A stretch of 64,000 nucleotides of DNA. Origin: Eledone cirrhosa (lineage: Eukaryota). Below the pieces are notes generated by a model. The model was given only the letters and a program-made list of their open reading frames with translations, was not told the origin of the DNA and did no database searches. This document shows, in pieces, positions 1 to 13,422 of this stretch (positions are counted from its first letter, which is position 1; every line of letters begins with the position of its first letter). The DNA lies in NCBI GenBank assembly GCA_964016885.1, contig OZ024741.1:211234001-211298000 (forward strand), in the 5' to 3' direction. A program made the position numbers and the translations under genes.

Positions 1-1190
1 ATCTCAGCCTCAGTCCACTGTCTCAGCCTCAGTCCACTGCCTCAGCCTCAGTCCACTATCTCAGCTACAGTCCACTGTCTCAGCTACAATCCACTGTCTC
101 AGTCTCAGTCCACTTATCTCAGCCACAGTCCACTTATCTCAGCCTCAGTCCACTTATCTCAGCCTCAGTCCACTGTCTCAGCCACAGTCCACTGTCTCAG
201 CCACAGTACACCTATCTCAGCCACAGTCCACTTATCTCAGTCTCAGTCCACCTATCTCAGCCACAGTCCACCTATCTCAGCCACAGTCCACTGTCTCAGT
301 CTCAGTCCACCGTCTCAGCCTCAGTCCACTGTCTCAGCCACAGTACACCTATCTCAGCCACAGTCCACTTATCTCAGTCTCAGTCCACCTATCTCAGCCA
401 CAGTCCACCTATCTCTGCCTCAGTCCACTGTCTCAGCCTCAGTCCACTGTCTCAACCTCAGTCCACTGTCTCAGCCTCAGTCCACTGTCTCAGCCTCAGT
501 CCACTGTCTCAGCCACAGTACACCTATCTCAGCCACAGTCCACTTATCTCAGTCTCAGTCCACCTATCTCAGCCTCAGTCCACCTATCTCAGCCACAGTC
601 CACTGTCTCAGCCACAGTCCACCTATCTCAGCCTCAGTCCACCTATCTCAGCCACAGTCCACCTATCTCAGCCTCAGTCCACCTATCTCAGCCACAGTCC
701 ACTGTCTCAGTCTCAGTCCACTGTCTCAGCCTCAGTCCACTGTCTCAGTCTCAGTACACCTATCTCAGCCACAGTCCACCTATCTCAGCCACAGTCCACT
801 GTCTCAGCCTCAGTCCACCTATCTCAGCCTCAGTCCACCTATCTCAGCCACAGTCCACCTATCTCAGTCTCAGTCCACTGTCTCAGCCTCAGTCCACTGT
901 CTCATCCTCAGTCCACCTATCTCAGCCACAGTCCACTGTCTCAGCCTCAGTCCACTGTCTCAGCCTCAGTCCACCTATCTCAGCCACAGTCCACCTATCT
1001 CAGCCTCATTCCACCTACCTCAGCCTCAGTCCACTGTCTCAGTCTCAGTCCACCTATCTCAATCCACAGACGTACCCTCTGTCCACTGCCTTAGACTCAG
1101 TCCACTAATCGCAGTCGACAGACGTAGCCTCAGTCCACCTATCTCAGTCCAAACGCGAAGCCTCTGTCCACTGACTTAGACTCAGTCCAC
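1..1190. repeat. Minisatellite, 19-20 bp unit (ctcagcc[a/t]cagtccac-tgt/ctat), decaying after ~1070
   Basis: Dozens of tandem units are directly visible; the array runs off the window start. Confidence 0.95.
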
Positions 1191-1605
1191 TCTCCATCTT
1201 CATTTGTCCGCCTGGCTCTCTGATCTACCGTTTCACCTCTGTCTCGATATGTCTGTGTTCTAAGTCTTCTGTCCACTTTCCAATGTCTCATCCACTGTTC
1301 ACTCTCCGCCTACCATTGTCCACTCTATATGTATTGCTGTCCATTCTCTCAGTAACCTATTTCCACTGTCACTGGAAGAAATTTGCTGCATTCTGACCTG
1401 GATAGGAGATAGGCTCCGCCTGGTTTAGACAAAAATGCTCTAGATATGACATTGACATTGCGGCGCCCCAACGACTCCCTGAAGACTTACAGATTCACAA
1501 ATATATACCTGATTGATTTTTCGTTGCCTTGGTTCATGTTGCTGGGTCACCGGTCTCAGTCTTTAATTTGTCAAGCTTTCTAACGCATGTTATTACTCTA
1601 AGGTG

Positions 1606-1781
1606 GGTGGCACTATCGGTAGAGGGTCGGACGCCATGCTTTCCAGCATAGTTACGTCCCTTTACGATCTGAGTTCAAATCCCGCCGAGGTTGACTTTGC
1701 CTTTCATTCTTACGGGTTCGATAAAATAAAGGCCCAGTAATGCACTGGGTAATTGCTGGCCTTGTGCCTAAAGTAGAAACA
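1606..1781 (+). mobile_element. tRNA-derived SINE (family A) with 17-bp TSD
   Basis: B-box GAGTTCAAATCCC, conserved body gccgaggttgactttgcctttcat...gataaaataaag and 3' end ggccttgtgcctaaagtagaaac. TSD gttattactctaaggtg at 1589-1605 and 1782-1798. Many copies in the window. Confidence 0.9.
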
Positions 1782-1872
1782 GTTATTACTCTAAGGTGAC
1801 ACAGCCTTATCGAGTGCTTTGCTGCACATTCCTAATTTTATATCGTTAGCGTGGGCACAGTCAAAACTTCGA

Positions 1873-1902
<30 letters not shown>

Positions 1903-1904
<2 letters not shown>

Positions 1905-2676
1905 CGGGATAACAGGTTATCGTTATGGCAGTCCACTTAGATCTAGTCCAGTTGGAGTAATTCTTGTATTGGATAGTATTAACGTGTGGCTTAGTTTGAC
2001 TCAACAAGACGTTTCCATAGTGATGCTGCGAGTTCGCGGTGATTTTTATGTAGTTTATACTTGAGTAATAATAATTCAAGAAAGTAGATTGACATGGTTC
2101 GCTATACAGTAAGGTTTTTATTCACATTGCTGACAATTGTTTCTTTGATCTGGCAAATAATAAAGAAATAAAAAGTAAATCTCCGGTTTATTAATAGAAT
2201 ACCTACAGCACAGTGGATATCTCATAAATTCTGTCTCCAAGTACATCTTAGTGGTTACTGTCATCTAGTCGCTACCCTATCACTATATCTAAGACACCCT
2301 GTAGCAGTTTTCACATGTCAATTCCATACATCTGTATCGTATCAGTTTGTTTAACATGCTAGATTCTCCATTATACTCTATCTCTTACTTACATTGATGT
2401 TATTTTAATTGTATGCTATCTAGTTATTTTATTTTATTATTGATATTATTGTTCTGGTTTAATACCACACTTATATAAAAACCATGCCTTATGTATTTTC
2501 TTCATTTCACCCGCTCCGGTGAAACAGACTGGTTATAAACAAAGTATCGGAGTTCAATTGGCACAAAATCAGGCGTATAGCGAACTCTAGACCTGCCAGA
2601 TCAAAGAAACAATTGTCAGCAATGTGAATAAAGCCCTTATTGTATAGCGAACCATGTCAATCTTCTTTCTTGAAGT

Positions 2677-2680
<4 letters not shown>
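1903..2680. mobile_element. Non-coding PLE pLTR-like element with inverted repeat and degenerate hammerhead
   Basis: Bounded by (TA)n on both sides. Inverted arms ~2075-2155 and ~2594-2674. Degenerate core CCGGTGA (2516)...GAAAC-AATT-GTC (2606-2617). Diverged relative at 48030-49147. Confidence 0.7.
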
Positions 2681-2711
<31 letters not shown>

Positions 2712-2843
2712 TAGAAGTGGTATTTAATTTGTTGGAAGTCCGATAAACATAAATGTTATAACTGATTTAGAGCACTCAACAGCTACTGGAGTAAATATTC
2801 AATGATATTAAATAAATGGAAACTATATTTATAAAACCATATT

Positions 2844-2909
2844 TATTTTATTATATATATTTAAAAGGTTAACCAACATAACATTGGTACGCTTTCATCA
2901 GATAAAATA
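2844..2909 (-). ncRNA. Degenerate type-I hammerhead motif (GAAA mutated to TAAA)
   Basis: Reverse complement: tattttat-CTGATGA-...-TAAA-tatat-ATA-ataaaata. Homologous to the intact motif at 8892-8957. Confidence 0.6.
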
Positions 2910-3290
2910 CAAAGTTAGTTTTATAAATAGAGACATACCCATGAAAATCATACCTTCTCGGGTGGAAATTCACTGGATAGTGGAAATATATTAAGGATTA
3001 TTCAAACTTATGTCTGAATATGCAAATTAATATGTAAATAATTGAAAAACAACCGTTTATTTAAATGACACTGGAGAAAGAGTGAGAGAAAAAATAAGTG
3101 GATAAAGATAAAAAATATTACGAGAGAGATAGAGAGAAGAAATTAACAAAAGGATGAATAAAATCATATAACGTTAATTTAGGGGAATATATTCTAAGTA
3201 TATATCTAATATCGTGTAATTACGATTAATTAGTTGTTTAAAATTCTTTTCAAATATATTTTCTATTATAAGTATATAGAAAAATAATTG

Positions 3291-3456
3291 TTTCTATTTT
3301 AGGCACACGGCCAGCAATAACCCAATACATTACTGGTACTTTATTTTATCGACCCCATAAGGATGAAAGGCAAAGTTAACCTCGGCAGGATTTGAACTCA
3401 GATCGTAAAGGGATGTAACTATGCTGGAAAGCATGTCCGACCCTCTACCGATACTG
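3291..3456 (-). mobile_element. SINE family A inserted in the PLE 3' region
   Basis: Reverse complement of the 1606 SINE. Flanked by a duplicated attttct[a/g]ttataagtatatagaaaa at ~3259 and ~3457. Confidence 0.88.
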
Positions 3457-4213
3457 ATTTTCTGTTATAAGTATATAGAAAATAAATAAATAGATAGAAA
3501 AATAGATAGAAAATAAATAAATAAATAAATAGCAAAATAAATAAATAAATAAATAAGTAAATAGATAAATAGATAAATAAATGAATATATGAGTATATCG
3601 TGTTATAGATAATTGTTTTAATGAGTTATGAGGGATATTGGTTTTGTATTTAATGTAAGAAAATATTAAGTTGAATTAACTTAAGTTAACTGAGTTAATA
3701 AGAATATTCATATTTATATATTTTAAAATGGGAAGATAGGGAAAAAACTCCAGTTTTATTTATTTATTCGTTATTATGAGACTATTTTGTCAAAATAAGT
3801 ACAAATGTTGAAAGATATATTTAGCCAGAATAAGTTAGTGATTATAAATCAAATAAAAGATATTGAACAAATATAAATTTAAAAAAAAATTAATTTATAA
3901 GAGATAAGTAATTTTTAAAAAATAAGTAATTTTTAAAAATAGATAAAAAATTAAAGAAATAAAAAATAAAGAATTAAAAATTATTAAGATTAACATTACA
4001 ATTAAAATTAAAATTAAAATTAAAATTAAAATTAAAATAAAAAAAAATTAGAATTATATATGTATATATTTTATGAAACTTTAAGAATTGAAATTATAGC
4101 AAATGTTATAGATATAACTTAGAGATATCAATATATTAAAACCAAGTGGATAAGATGGTTATGGAAATAAGTAGAAATATTATAAGTGTAATTATAATTC
4201 ATATATAGTTCTA

Positions 4214-5038
4214 AATGTTTATTTCCCAAGTTAAAGAATAGTCCATATTTTTGCATTTTAAGTTCCATATCAGGTTTGAAAGAGAAGTTGAAGATTTTTT
4301 ATCAAATCTTTGGAAAGAGCATTTGTGATTATTTCAGCGACTTTTAAATTCTGTAGAAGTTGCACCGACATAGTTAAATGTATTATCACTAGTTTTAACT
4401 GTACATTTATAGACCACGTCCTTATCTAAACACTTATTTTGTAAAGGACAGTTTAATTTAATTCTACAGTTACATTTTGCAGAGTTGTTGTTATTTAGAA
4501 CGGTACTATTATGTTGGGTATTATTAGAGATATTACTGCTATTTTGGTTAGGGTTTAAATTTCTATTATTGATTCTATTTATATTTTGTGCTATGTTCAT
4601 AGTAGTAGAGTAAGATAGTTTTATAGTATGTCTGTTAAAGATTGAGTGGTATCTGTGCGCTTTAGGAAAACATTTATCTAGTGTTTTAAAGAATAGCTTT
4701 GCTAAAGGTGTTTTAACGCTTAATGAGAATGGGGGTGAGTACCAAATAATATTTTTAGTTCTATTTCTTCTATTAGTTTTAGGGTTTAAGTTAGATTTTT
4801 TATTGTAATTATAATTTATAGTAGAGTTATTTGCCTTATCACTGTTGTCGATGTATTTAATCTTATTTATATAGCCGGCTCTATTTAAAGCTTCATTATA
4901 ATAGTTTGCCTTATCGTCAAAAATGTTTTTATTAGCGGAGATGCGTGAAATACGTTGTTGGATAGAATTAACAATAGTGTTCTTGATAGATCTAGGATGA
5001 TTAGAGTTAAAACTTACACAGTTTAGATTCTCATTCAT
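4214..5038 (-). pseudogene. PLE ORF fragment: RT C-terminus, Cys-rich linker and GIY-YIG endonuclease
   Basis: SNHPRSI, WYSPPFS, IFNRHTIKLSYS, CNCRIKLNCPLQNKC, VVYKC...YVGATSTEFKSR. Homology continues past the TGA at 4334 (NNHKCSF...SLSNLIWNLK...YSLTW). Confidence 0.88.
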
Positions 5039-5231
5039 TTTATGTGTTAAGGTTTAATTTAAAAAAAAAGTTAACACTTTTATAGTTATTCTCTATTTCT
5101 AACTTAAGTTAAGGTTGTAGCTATTGAAGAATTGTATTATGGATTTTCTTTTTCTATTAATTTCACAATTACTATGATTACATATGTTATTAAATAGGGT
5201 ATGATGCAACACTGAATCCTTGTTTCTTATC

Positions 5232-5234
<3 letters not shown>

Positions 5235-5329
<95 letters not shown>

Positions 5330-5723
5330 AATGTGTTTGTCCTTTCCCCACATTCTTGACCTCTGTCTGCTACTCCAGACACTGACCTCCTACTTCTATC
5401 CTTTATCCACCTGTCTTTCTTCACTGTCCACTCCCTACCGTCTCTGTCACACTACTATGAATCAGTAACTTATAATGTCTAACATTACTTTTTTGCCCTT
5501 TCCACGTTCACACACAAACACACACGCGGGCACATACACACACACATACATAGACGCACAGACACACACACGCACATACGCTCACACACACACGCGCACA
5601 CACACACGCATACATACACACACACATACGCACACACACATACGCACACGCACGCATACACACATACACGCACACACACACACATACACACATACACACA
5701 TACACCCACCCATATACACACGG

Positions 5724-5808
<85 letters not shown>

Positions 5809-5810
5809 AA
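5235..5810. repeat. (TA)n/(TG)n/(CA)n microsatellite cluster
   Basis: Directly visible. Confidence 0.95.
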
Positions 5811-5935
5811 CCTGTAACTCTTGAGGGAGTTGTAAGTGTGCCGTATTCACATATGGCGTATCTAGGGTATATTTTAACGCCGCGTGGATACATCTCCCCT
5901 CCAGGTCAGAATACATAAGATTTCTTCCAGAGAAA

Positions 5936-6298
5936 GATATATTTCTTTATTTGCCACAAGGGCGCAAAAGATGGAGACAAATACAATTGGGGAGTTTACA
6001 TACAAGGCGTGAAAAAATGTATAACAAAAATAATGAATAAAACAAACGAAATCCCCAATAGAGGGGAGGCGTTACAAATGGTTTGCACACACCCCGAAAA
6101 AAATGTACAATCCTCATCTATAAGAGCACGAAGAGCGAGCACTCCTCTCTACACTCTTCCTCTTCTTCATCGACCTACAGGATTATATAAAAAGAGGGCT
6201 CATCCTTGCCACATTCACCCACCTTTCGTAACATTTGCTGGGTTGCAGCACCTCTGTCTCCACTCTGATTATTCTTCTAAAATGATATTTGAAGAAGC
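5936..6298 (-). mobile_element. 3' end fragment of the Tx1/L1-clade LINE family seen at 54.7-61.9 kb
   Basis: Reverse complement matches gaaaggtgggtgaatgtggc...cctgtaggt...ctattggggatttcg...aataaagaaat of the copies ending at ~56000 and ~61910. Confidence 0.85.
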
Positions 6299-6742
6299 TA
6301 AAATGATATTTGGATCAACTAAGCACTCTTCCTATATTAACACATTTTGAACTGTTTAACTTCAATGACTGTGCTTGTAAATAACATTAACTTTTCTTCC
6401 ACATTGACTTATTACGTTCCACATTATGCACGTTTTTTTTTCCTTTTTCTTTTTTCTTTTCACTTCTTAAACCTTATTTGTATATAACATTATTCTTTTT
6501 GCACCTTCTGTTTAACATGTGCGACACCACACTAATACATTTCACTATCATTTGATAATGCATATAAATGCAGAAACCGGTAATAGACAATAATTAAATA
6601 ATAAATAAATCAACTAATAGCTTAACACTTCACACAAAGTAAAACATTTCGTTTTAATCATTTTCTAACCCAGAAGAGAGAGAGAGAGAGAGACAAAAAA
6701 AGGAAAATATAAATTTTTCTTCCTCATAATATATATATATAC

Positions 6743-7795
<1,053 letters not shown>

Positions 7796-7801
7796 ATATA
7801 T

Positions 7802-8630
7802 AAGGCACTATTGATTTTTCCCTGGATTTCACTAAATTCTGTGGGATGAATCTATGTCCTGATTCTTTTTGAATTGAGTTTGAATTATTTTCCCACATCT
7901 TACGTTAAATATTTTTCCATTTTGACGCTATAGTACTTATATATTATGGAATACTGTTGGCTTATTGCTCATAGTAATTTCTATACTTTTCATTTATATT
8001 TATACTCGGATTTCTTTCCTAGAGTGCTTAAAATTATTTGTGACTAATCCCGGTCTTTTTTTTTTTAAAACCGCGATAATATTGTTTTTTTGCTGAACTC
8101 CTTATATTGTAGAGTTTTTTTTTCGGAATGTTTTTGACTGTTGTTTCATGTAAACAGACAATCGTCTCATTCTGACGTCATCAGCCCTGTATCTACATGG
8201 GCGTTTATTTTCATAATTATGCATGATGTTGAACTAGCCTGCTTTTAAATTCCCTTTTTGGCATATTATAAACAGTGGACCTTTGGTTATCGTGTCTTTG
8301 AGCTCTGCTGATGATCCATTCCAACCGTGACCATCCCCACTGAAAGTTTCGTGAAATAGTCTTTTTTAAGACTATACAGAGCATTTGTACTTTTTTCCAA
8401 ATTGAACGATGAGTATTTTAAACTTTATTTTATCATGAGTTAAGGCTCTATTGATTTTTCCCTGGATTTCACCAAATCCTGTGGATGAATCTATATCCTG
8501 ATTCTTTTTGAATTGAGTTTGAATTATTTTCCCACATCTTACGTTAACTATTTTTCCATTTTGACGCTATAGTCACTTATATATTATGGAATACTGTTGG
8601 CTTCTTGCTACAATAATTTCTATACTTTTC

Positions 8631-8638
<8 letters not shown>
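7802..8638 (+). mobile_element. Non-coding mini-element with ~197-bp direct repeats (period ~640 nt) and a hammerhead
   Basis: 7802-7998 is similar to 8442-8638; (TA)n flanks; second copy at 49150-49498 (minus). Confidence 0.85.
8302..8382 (+). ncRNA. Type-I hammerhead motif with a full 6-bp stem III
   Basis: gctctg-CTGATGA-38 nt-GAA-ATAGTC-ttttttaa-GACTAT-A-cagagc. Stems I and III are perfect; stem II pairing is not obvious by eye. Confidence 0.75.
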
Positions 8639-8673
<35 letters not shown>

Positions 8674-8676
<3 letters not shown>

Positions 8677-9087
8677 GATATTAAATAAATGGAAACTATA
8701 TTTATAAAACCATATTTATTTCATTATATATATTTCAGGGATATCATATTAACAATATGTTATGCCTTCTTCAGACAAAATACAATATAGACAGTTTTAT
8801 AGATAAATAGATTTGACATACCGTTCAACATCGACTTGTATTTGAAAAAGTTGATTTGGCAGTCTATTTATCTATAAAACTGTCTATATTGTATTTTGTC
8901 TGAAGAAGGCATAACATATTGTTAATATGATATCCCTGAAATATATATAATGAAATAAATATGGTTTTATAAATATAGTTTCCATTTATTTAATATCGTA
9001 AATATACTCCAAATACTTGTTGAGTGCTTTTATATCAGTTATAAATAATTACTAGTTGTAACCCAACAATTTAAATATAACTTTCCA
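8674..9087. mobile_element. Fold-back pLTR-like element: ~137-bp inverted arms (8674-8811 / 8863-9000) plus tail
   Basis: The arms are reverse complements, each carries a hammerhead motif, and the element is related to 2710-2940. Confidence 0.85.
8892..8957 (+). ncRNA. Minimal type-I hammerhead motif (mirror copy at ~8717-8782, minus)
   Basis: tattttgt-CTGAAGA-agg...cct-GAAAT-ATAT-ATA-atgaaata; palindromic stem III loop. Confidence 0.78.
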
Positions 9088-9113
9088 TATATATATATAT
9101 ATATATATATATC

Positions 9114-9175
<62 letters not shown>

Positions 9176-9347
9176 TTTATATATATATATATATATATTG
9201 TGTTGTATATAAACCTATATTAAAATATTACAATATGAGCTTCACAATTCAATATCCACGTCCGCATTCTCTCTGTCTTTCTCTTTCTTCTTTGTTTCTT
9301 CCCACTTAATGTTTTTATTTTTTTCTCACTTTCTTTCTTTCTTTCCT

Positions 9348-9386
<39 letters not shown>

Positions 9387-9604
9387 CTTTCTCTCTCAAT
9401 CTCTTGCTTCCATACACACAGATGCACATACACACAGATACACACACACACAGACACATCCATTCACCCATACACAAACATCCACATACATTCTAGCATG
9501 TAAACATGCTCTCTGTCTTTCTCTTCTTCTCACACCCTCTACCTCTTTCTCACTCTCTCTCTCTCTCTCTCTCTCTCTAACACACACACACAGACACACA
9601 CACA

Positions 9605-9640
<36 letters not shown>

Positions 9641-12600
9641 GACACACTCTCTCTTGCTCTCTCTTTCTTACACAAGCAGACATACGCACACACCTACAAT
9701 ACGCACACATACACACATGCACACATACACACATACACACATACACATATATACATATACACTTACGTACACCCCTCCTCCTCTCCTTATATAACCTGGA
9801 TCGTTTTCTTTTTTGTTCGTGTTTTTTTCATTGCTTTATCATTAGCTTAGTATTAGTAGTAGTAGTGGTAGTAGTAGTAGTAGTAGTAGTGGTAGTGGTA
9901 GTGGTAGTAGTAGTGGTGGTAGTGGTAGTAATAGTAGTAGTAGTGGTAGTAGTAGTAGTGGTAGTGATAGTAGTAGTGGTAGTAGTAGTGGGGGTAGTAA
10001 TAGTAGTAGTAGTGGTAGTAGTGGTAGTGGTAGTAGTAATAGTAGTGGCGGTAGTAGTAGTGGTGGTGGTAGTAGGGGTGGTAGTAGTGACAGTAGTAGT
10101 AGTGGCGGTAGTAGTAGTAGTGATATTAGTAGTAGTGGTAGTAGTAGTTGCGGTAGTGGTAGTAGTAGTAGTGGTGGTAGTAGTGGTAGTAGTAGTAGTA
10201 GTGATAGTAGTAGTTGTGGTAGTGGTAGTAGTAGTGGTGGTGGTAGTAGTGGTAGTAGTAGTAGTGGTAGTAGTAGTAGTAGTAGTGGTGGTAGTGGTAG
10301 TAGTAGTAGTAGTAGTAGTATTGGTAGTGGTTGTAGTTGTAGTTGCGGTGGTTAGTGTGGCGGCAGTTGTGGTGTTAGTGCTGGTGGGGATGGTATTAGT
10401 AGTACCAGTGTTGGAGGTAGTAGCAGTAGTAGTATTAATAGTAGTGTTGGTTGTTGTTGTGGTGGTTGTTGTGGTTGTTGTTTTTGTGGTGGTGGTGGTT
10501 GTTGTTTAGTTGTGGTAATAGTATTGGTAGTGTTGGTGGTAGTAGCAACAGCAGTAGTAGTAGTAATAGTAGAGGTGGTTGAAGTGGTGGTTGTTGTGGT
10601 GGTGGTGGTTGTTTTTGTTGTGGTAGTTGTTGTAGTGGTGCTGCAGTGGTAGTAGTAATAGTGGTGGTGGTTATTGTTGTTGTGGTAGTTGTGGTGCTTG
10701 CTGTGGTAATAGTAATAGTAGTGGCTGTTGTTGTGGTGGTGGTGGTGGTAGTAGTGGTGGTAGTGGTAGTGGCTCTAGTGGTGAAAGTCGCTTAGTACGT
10801 TGATAAAACATTATGGCTGCTGGTGGTGGTATTAGTCAAACTAACTTTAATTGTCATGTCTTGGTATTATATTAGAGCCTCTGGTCACTATAGTAGGGTG
10901 TGGTCTGTTGGGGGGGGGGGGGGTAGTGTGTGTTAGCGTGTGTGGTTGTGTGTGTCTGTGTGTGTCAGTGTGTATCTGTGGGGGTTTGTGGGGGTTTGTG
11001 CGTGTGTGTGTTAGTGTGGTGGTGGTGTGTGTGTGTGTGTGGGGGGGGGTCTGTGTTAGTGTGTGTCTGTAGGGGTTTGTGTATGTGTGTGGTCTGTGGG
11101 GGTTTGAGTGTGTGTGTGTGTTAGTGTGTGTGTCTGTGGGGGTTTGTGTGTGTGTGTGTTAGTGTGTGGTCTGTGGGGGTTTGTGTGTGTGTGTGTGTGT
11201 GTTAGTGTGTGTGTCTGTGGGGGTTTGTGTGTGTGTGTGTTAGTGTGTGTCTGTGGGGGTTTGTGTGTGTGTGTTAGTGTGTGTATGTGGGGGTCTGTAT
11301 GTGTGTGTTAGTGTGTGTCTGTGGAGGTCTGTGTGTGTGTTATTGTGTGTCTGTCGGGGCTTGTGTGTGTGTGTGTGTTAGTATGAGTCTGTGGGGGTTT
11401 GTGTGTGTGTGTGTGTTAGTGTGTGTCTGTGGGGGTCTATGTGTGTGTGTTAGTGTGTGTCTGTGGGGGTCTGTGTGTGCGTGTTAGTACGTGTCTGTGG
11501 GGGTTTGTGTGTGTGTGTGTTAGTGTGTGTCTGTGGGGGTCTGTGTGTGTGTGTGTTAGTGTGTGTCTGTAGGGGTCTGTGTGTGCGTGTTAGTGTGTGT
11601 CTGTGGGGGTTTGTGTGTGTGGGTGTTAGTGTGTGTCTGTGGGGGTTTGTGTGTGTGTGTGTGTCTGTGGGGGTTTGTGTGTGTGTGTGTATGTGGGGGT
11701 TTGTGTGTGTGTGTGTATGTTAGTGTGTGTCTGTGGGGGTCTGTGTGTATGTTAGTGTGTGTCTGTGAGGGTCTGCGTGTGCGTGTTAGTGTGTGTCTGT
11801 GGGGGTCTGTGTGTCTGTGTTAGTGTGTGTCTGTGGGGGTTTGTGTGTGTGTGTGTGTTAGTGAGAGTGTGTATGGATGTGTGTGTGTGTTGCTGTGTTG
11901 ATTGTGTGAATGTATGTGCTTGTGAGATGTGTGTGTTTATGTGTGTTTAAATTGTTAATGTGTGTGTTTGTTTCTGTATGTGTGTGGGTGGGTGGAGGTG
12001 GGTGGGGGTGTTTCTGTTTGCGTGTGTGTGTTTATGCGTTAGTGTGTGTGTGTCTACGTGTCTGTTTGTCTATGTGTAGAGTATGTTGGTGAGTATGTTT
12101 GTGCATTTGTGTGTATGTGTGTACACGTGTGTTTGTCTATGTGTATGTATGTGTGCGATGAGAGAGAGAGAGGTGGTGGTGGTGGTAGGAGAGAGAGAGA
12201 TGGTGGTAGTGGTAGGAGAGAGAGAGAGATGGTGGTGGTGGTAGGAGAGAGAGAGACGGTGGTGGTGGTAGGAAAGAGAGTGACGGTGGTGGTGGTAGGA
12301 GAGAGAGATGGTGGTAGGAGAGAGAGAGAGACGGTGGTGGTGGTAGGAGAGAGAGAGACGGTGTGGTGGTAGGAGAGAGAGAGACGGTGGTGGTGGTAGG
12401 AGAGAGAGAGAGACGGTGGTGGTGGTAGGAGAGAGAGAGACGCTGGTGGTGGTAGGAGAGAGAGAGATGGTGGTGGTGGTAGGAGAGAGAGATGGTGGTG
12501 GTGGTAGGAGAGAGAGAGAGATGATGGTGGTGGTAGGAGAGTGAAAGACGGTGGTGGTGGTAGGAGAGAGAGAGAGAGATAGTGGTGGCGGTGGTAGGGG

Positions 12601-13121
12601 TGGGAGAGAGATGGTGGTGGTGGTAGGAGAGAGAGAGACGGTGGTGGTGGTAGGAGAGAGAGTAACGGTGGTGGTGGTAGGAGAGAGAGATGGTGGTAGG
12701 AGAGAGAGAGAGACGGTGGTGGTGGTGGTAGAAGAGAGAGAGAGATGGTGGTGGTGGTAGGAGAGAGAGAGACGGTGGTGGAGGTAGGAGAGAAAGAGAT
12801 GGTGGTGGTGGTAGGAGAGACAGAGAGATTGTGGTGGTGGTAGGAGAGAGAGATGGTGGTGGCGGTGGTAGGAGAGGGAGAAAGATGGTGGTGGTAGTAG
12901 GAGAGAGGGGGAGATAGTGGTGGTGGTAGGAGAGAGATAGACGGTGGTGGTGGTAGGAGAGAGAGAGACGGTGGTGGTGGTAGGAGAGAGAGACGGTGGT
13001 GGTGGTGGTAGGAGAGAGAGAGATGGTGGTGGTGGTGGTAGGAAAGAGAGAGAGATGGTGGTGGTGGTAGGAGAGAGAGAGATGGTGGTGGTGGTAGGAG
13101 AGAGAGCGATGGTGGTGTTGT

Positions 13122-13155
<34 letters not shown>

Positions 13156-13388
13156 TGATGGTGGTAGGAGAGAGAGAGAGATGGTGGTGGTAGTAGGAGA
13201 GAGAGAGACGGTGGTGGTGGTAGGAGAGAGAGAGACGGTGGTGGTGGTAGGAGAGAGAGACGGTGGTGGTGGTGGTAGGAGAGAGAGAGATGGTGGTGGT
13301 GGTGGTAGGAAAGAGAGAGAGATGGTGGTGGTGGTAGGAGAGAGAGAGATGGTGGTGGTGGTAGGAGAGAGAGCGATGGTGGTGTTGT

Positions 13389-13422
<34 letters not shown>

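Larger units (their letters stand above)
2710..5232 (-). mobile_element. 5'-truncated Penelope-like element (end of RT, GIY-YIG, AT-rich 3' region, hammerhead-bearing end), interrupted by a SINE
   Basis: Protein similarity to the 21236-23356 ORF; hammerhead-like motif at 2844-2909; (TA)n on both flanks. Confidence 0.8.

Noticed and set aside
1-1190. CRISPR-like appearance of the 19-20 bp array
   Set aside because: Units are contiguous with no unique spacers, there are no cas genes, and the context is eukaryotic.
4334-4336. In-frame TGA in the GIY-YIG domain as possible selenocysteine (reported for some PLEs)
   Set aside because: The position aligns with an aromatic residue (F in the 21236 ORF), so TGG>TGA is simpler. 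Another stop follows and I saw no SECIS.
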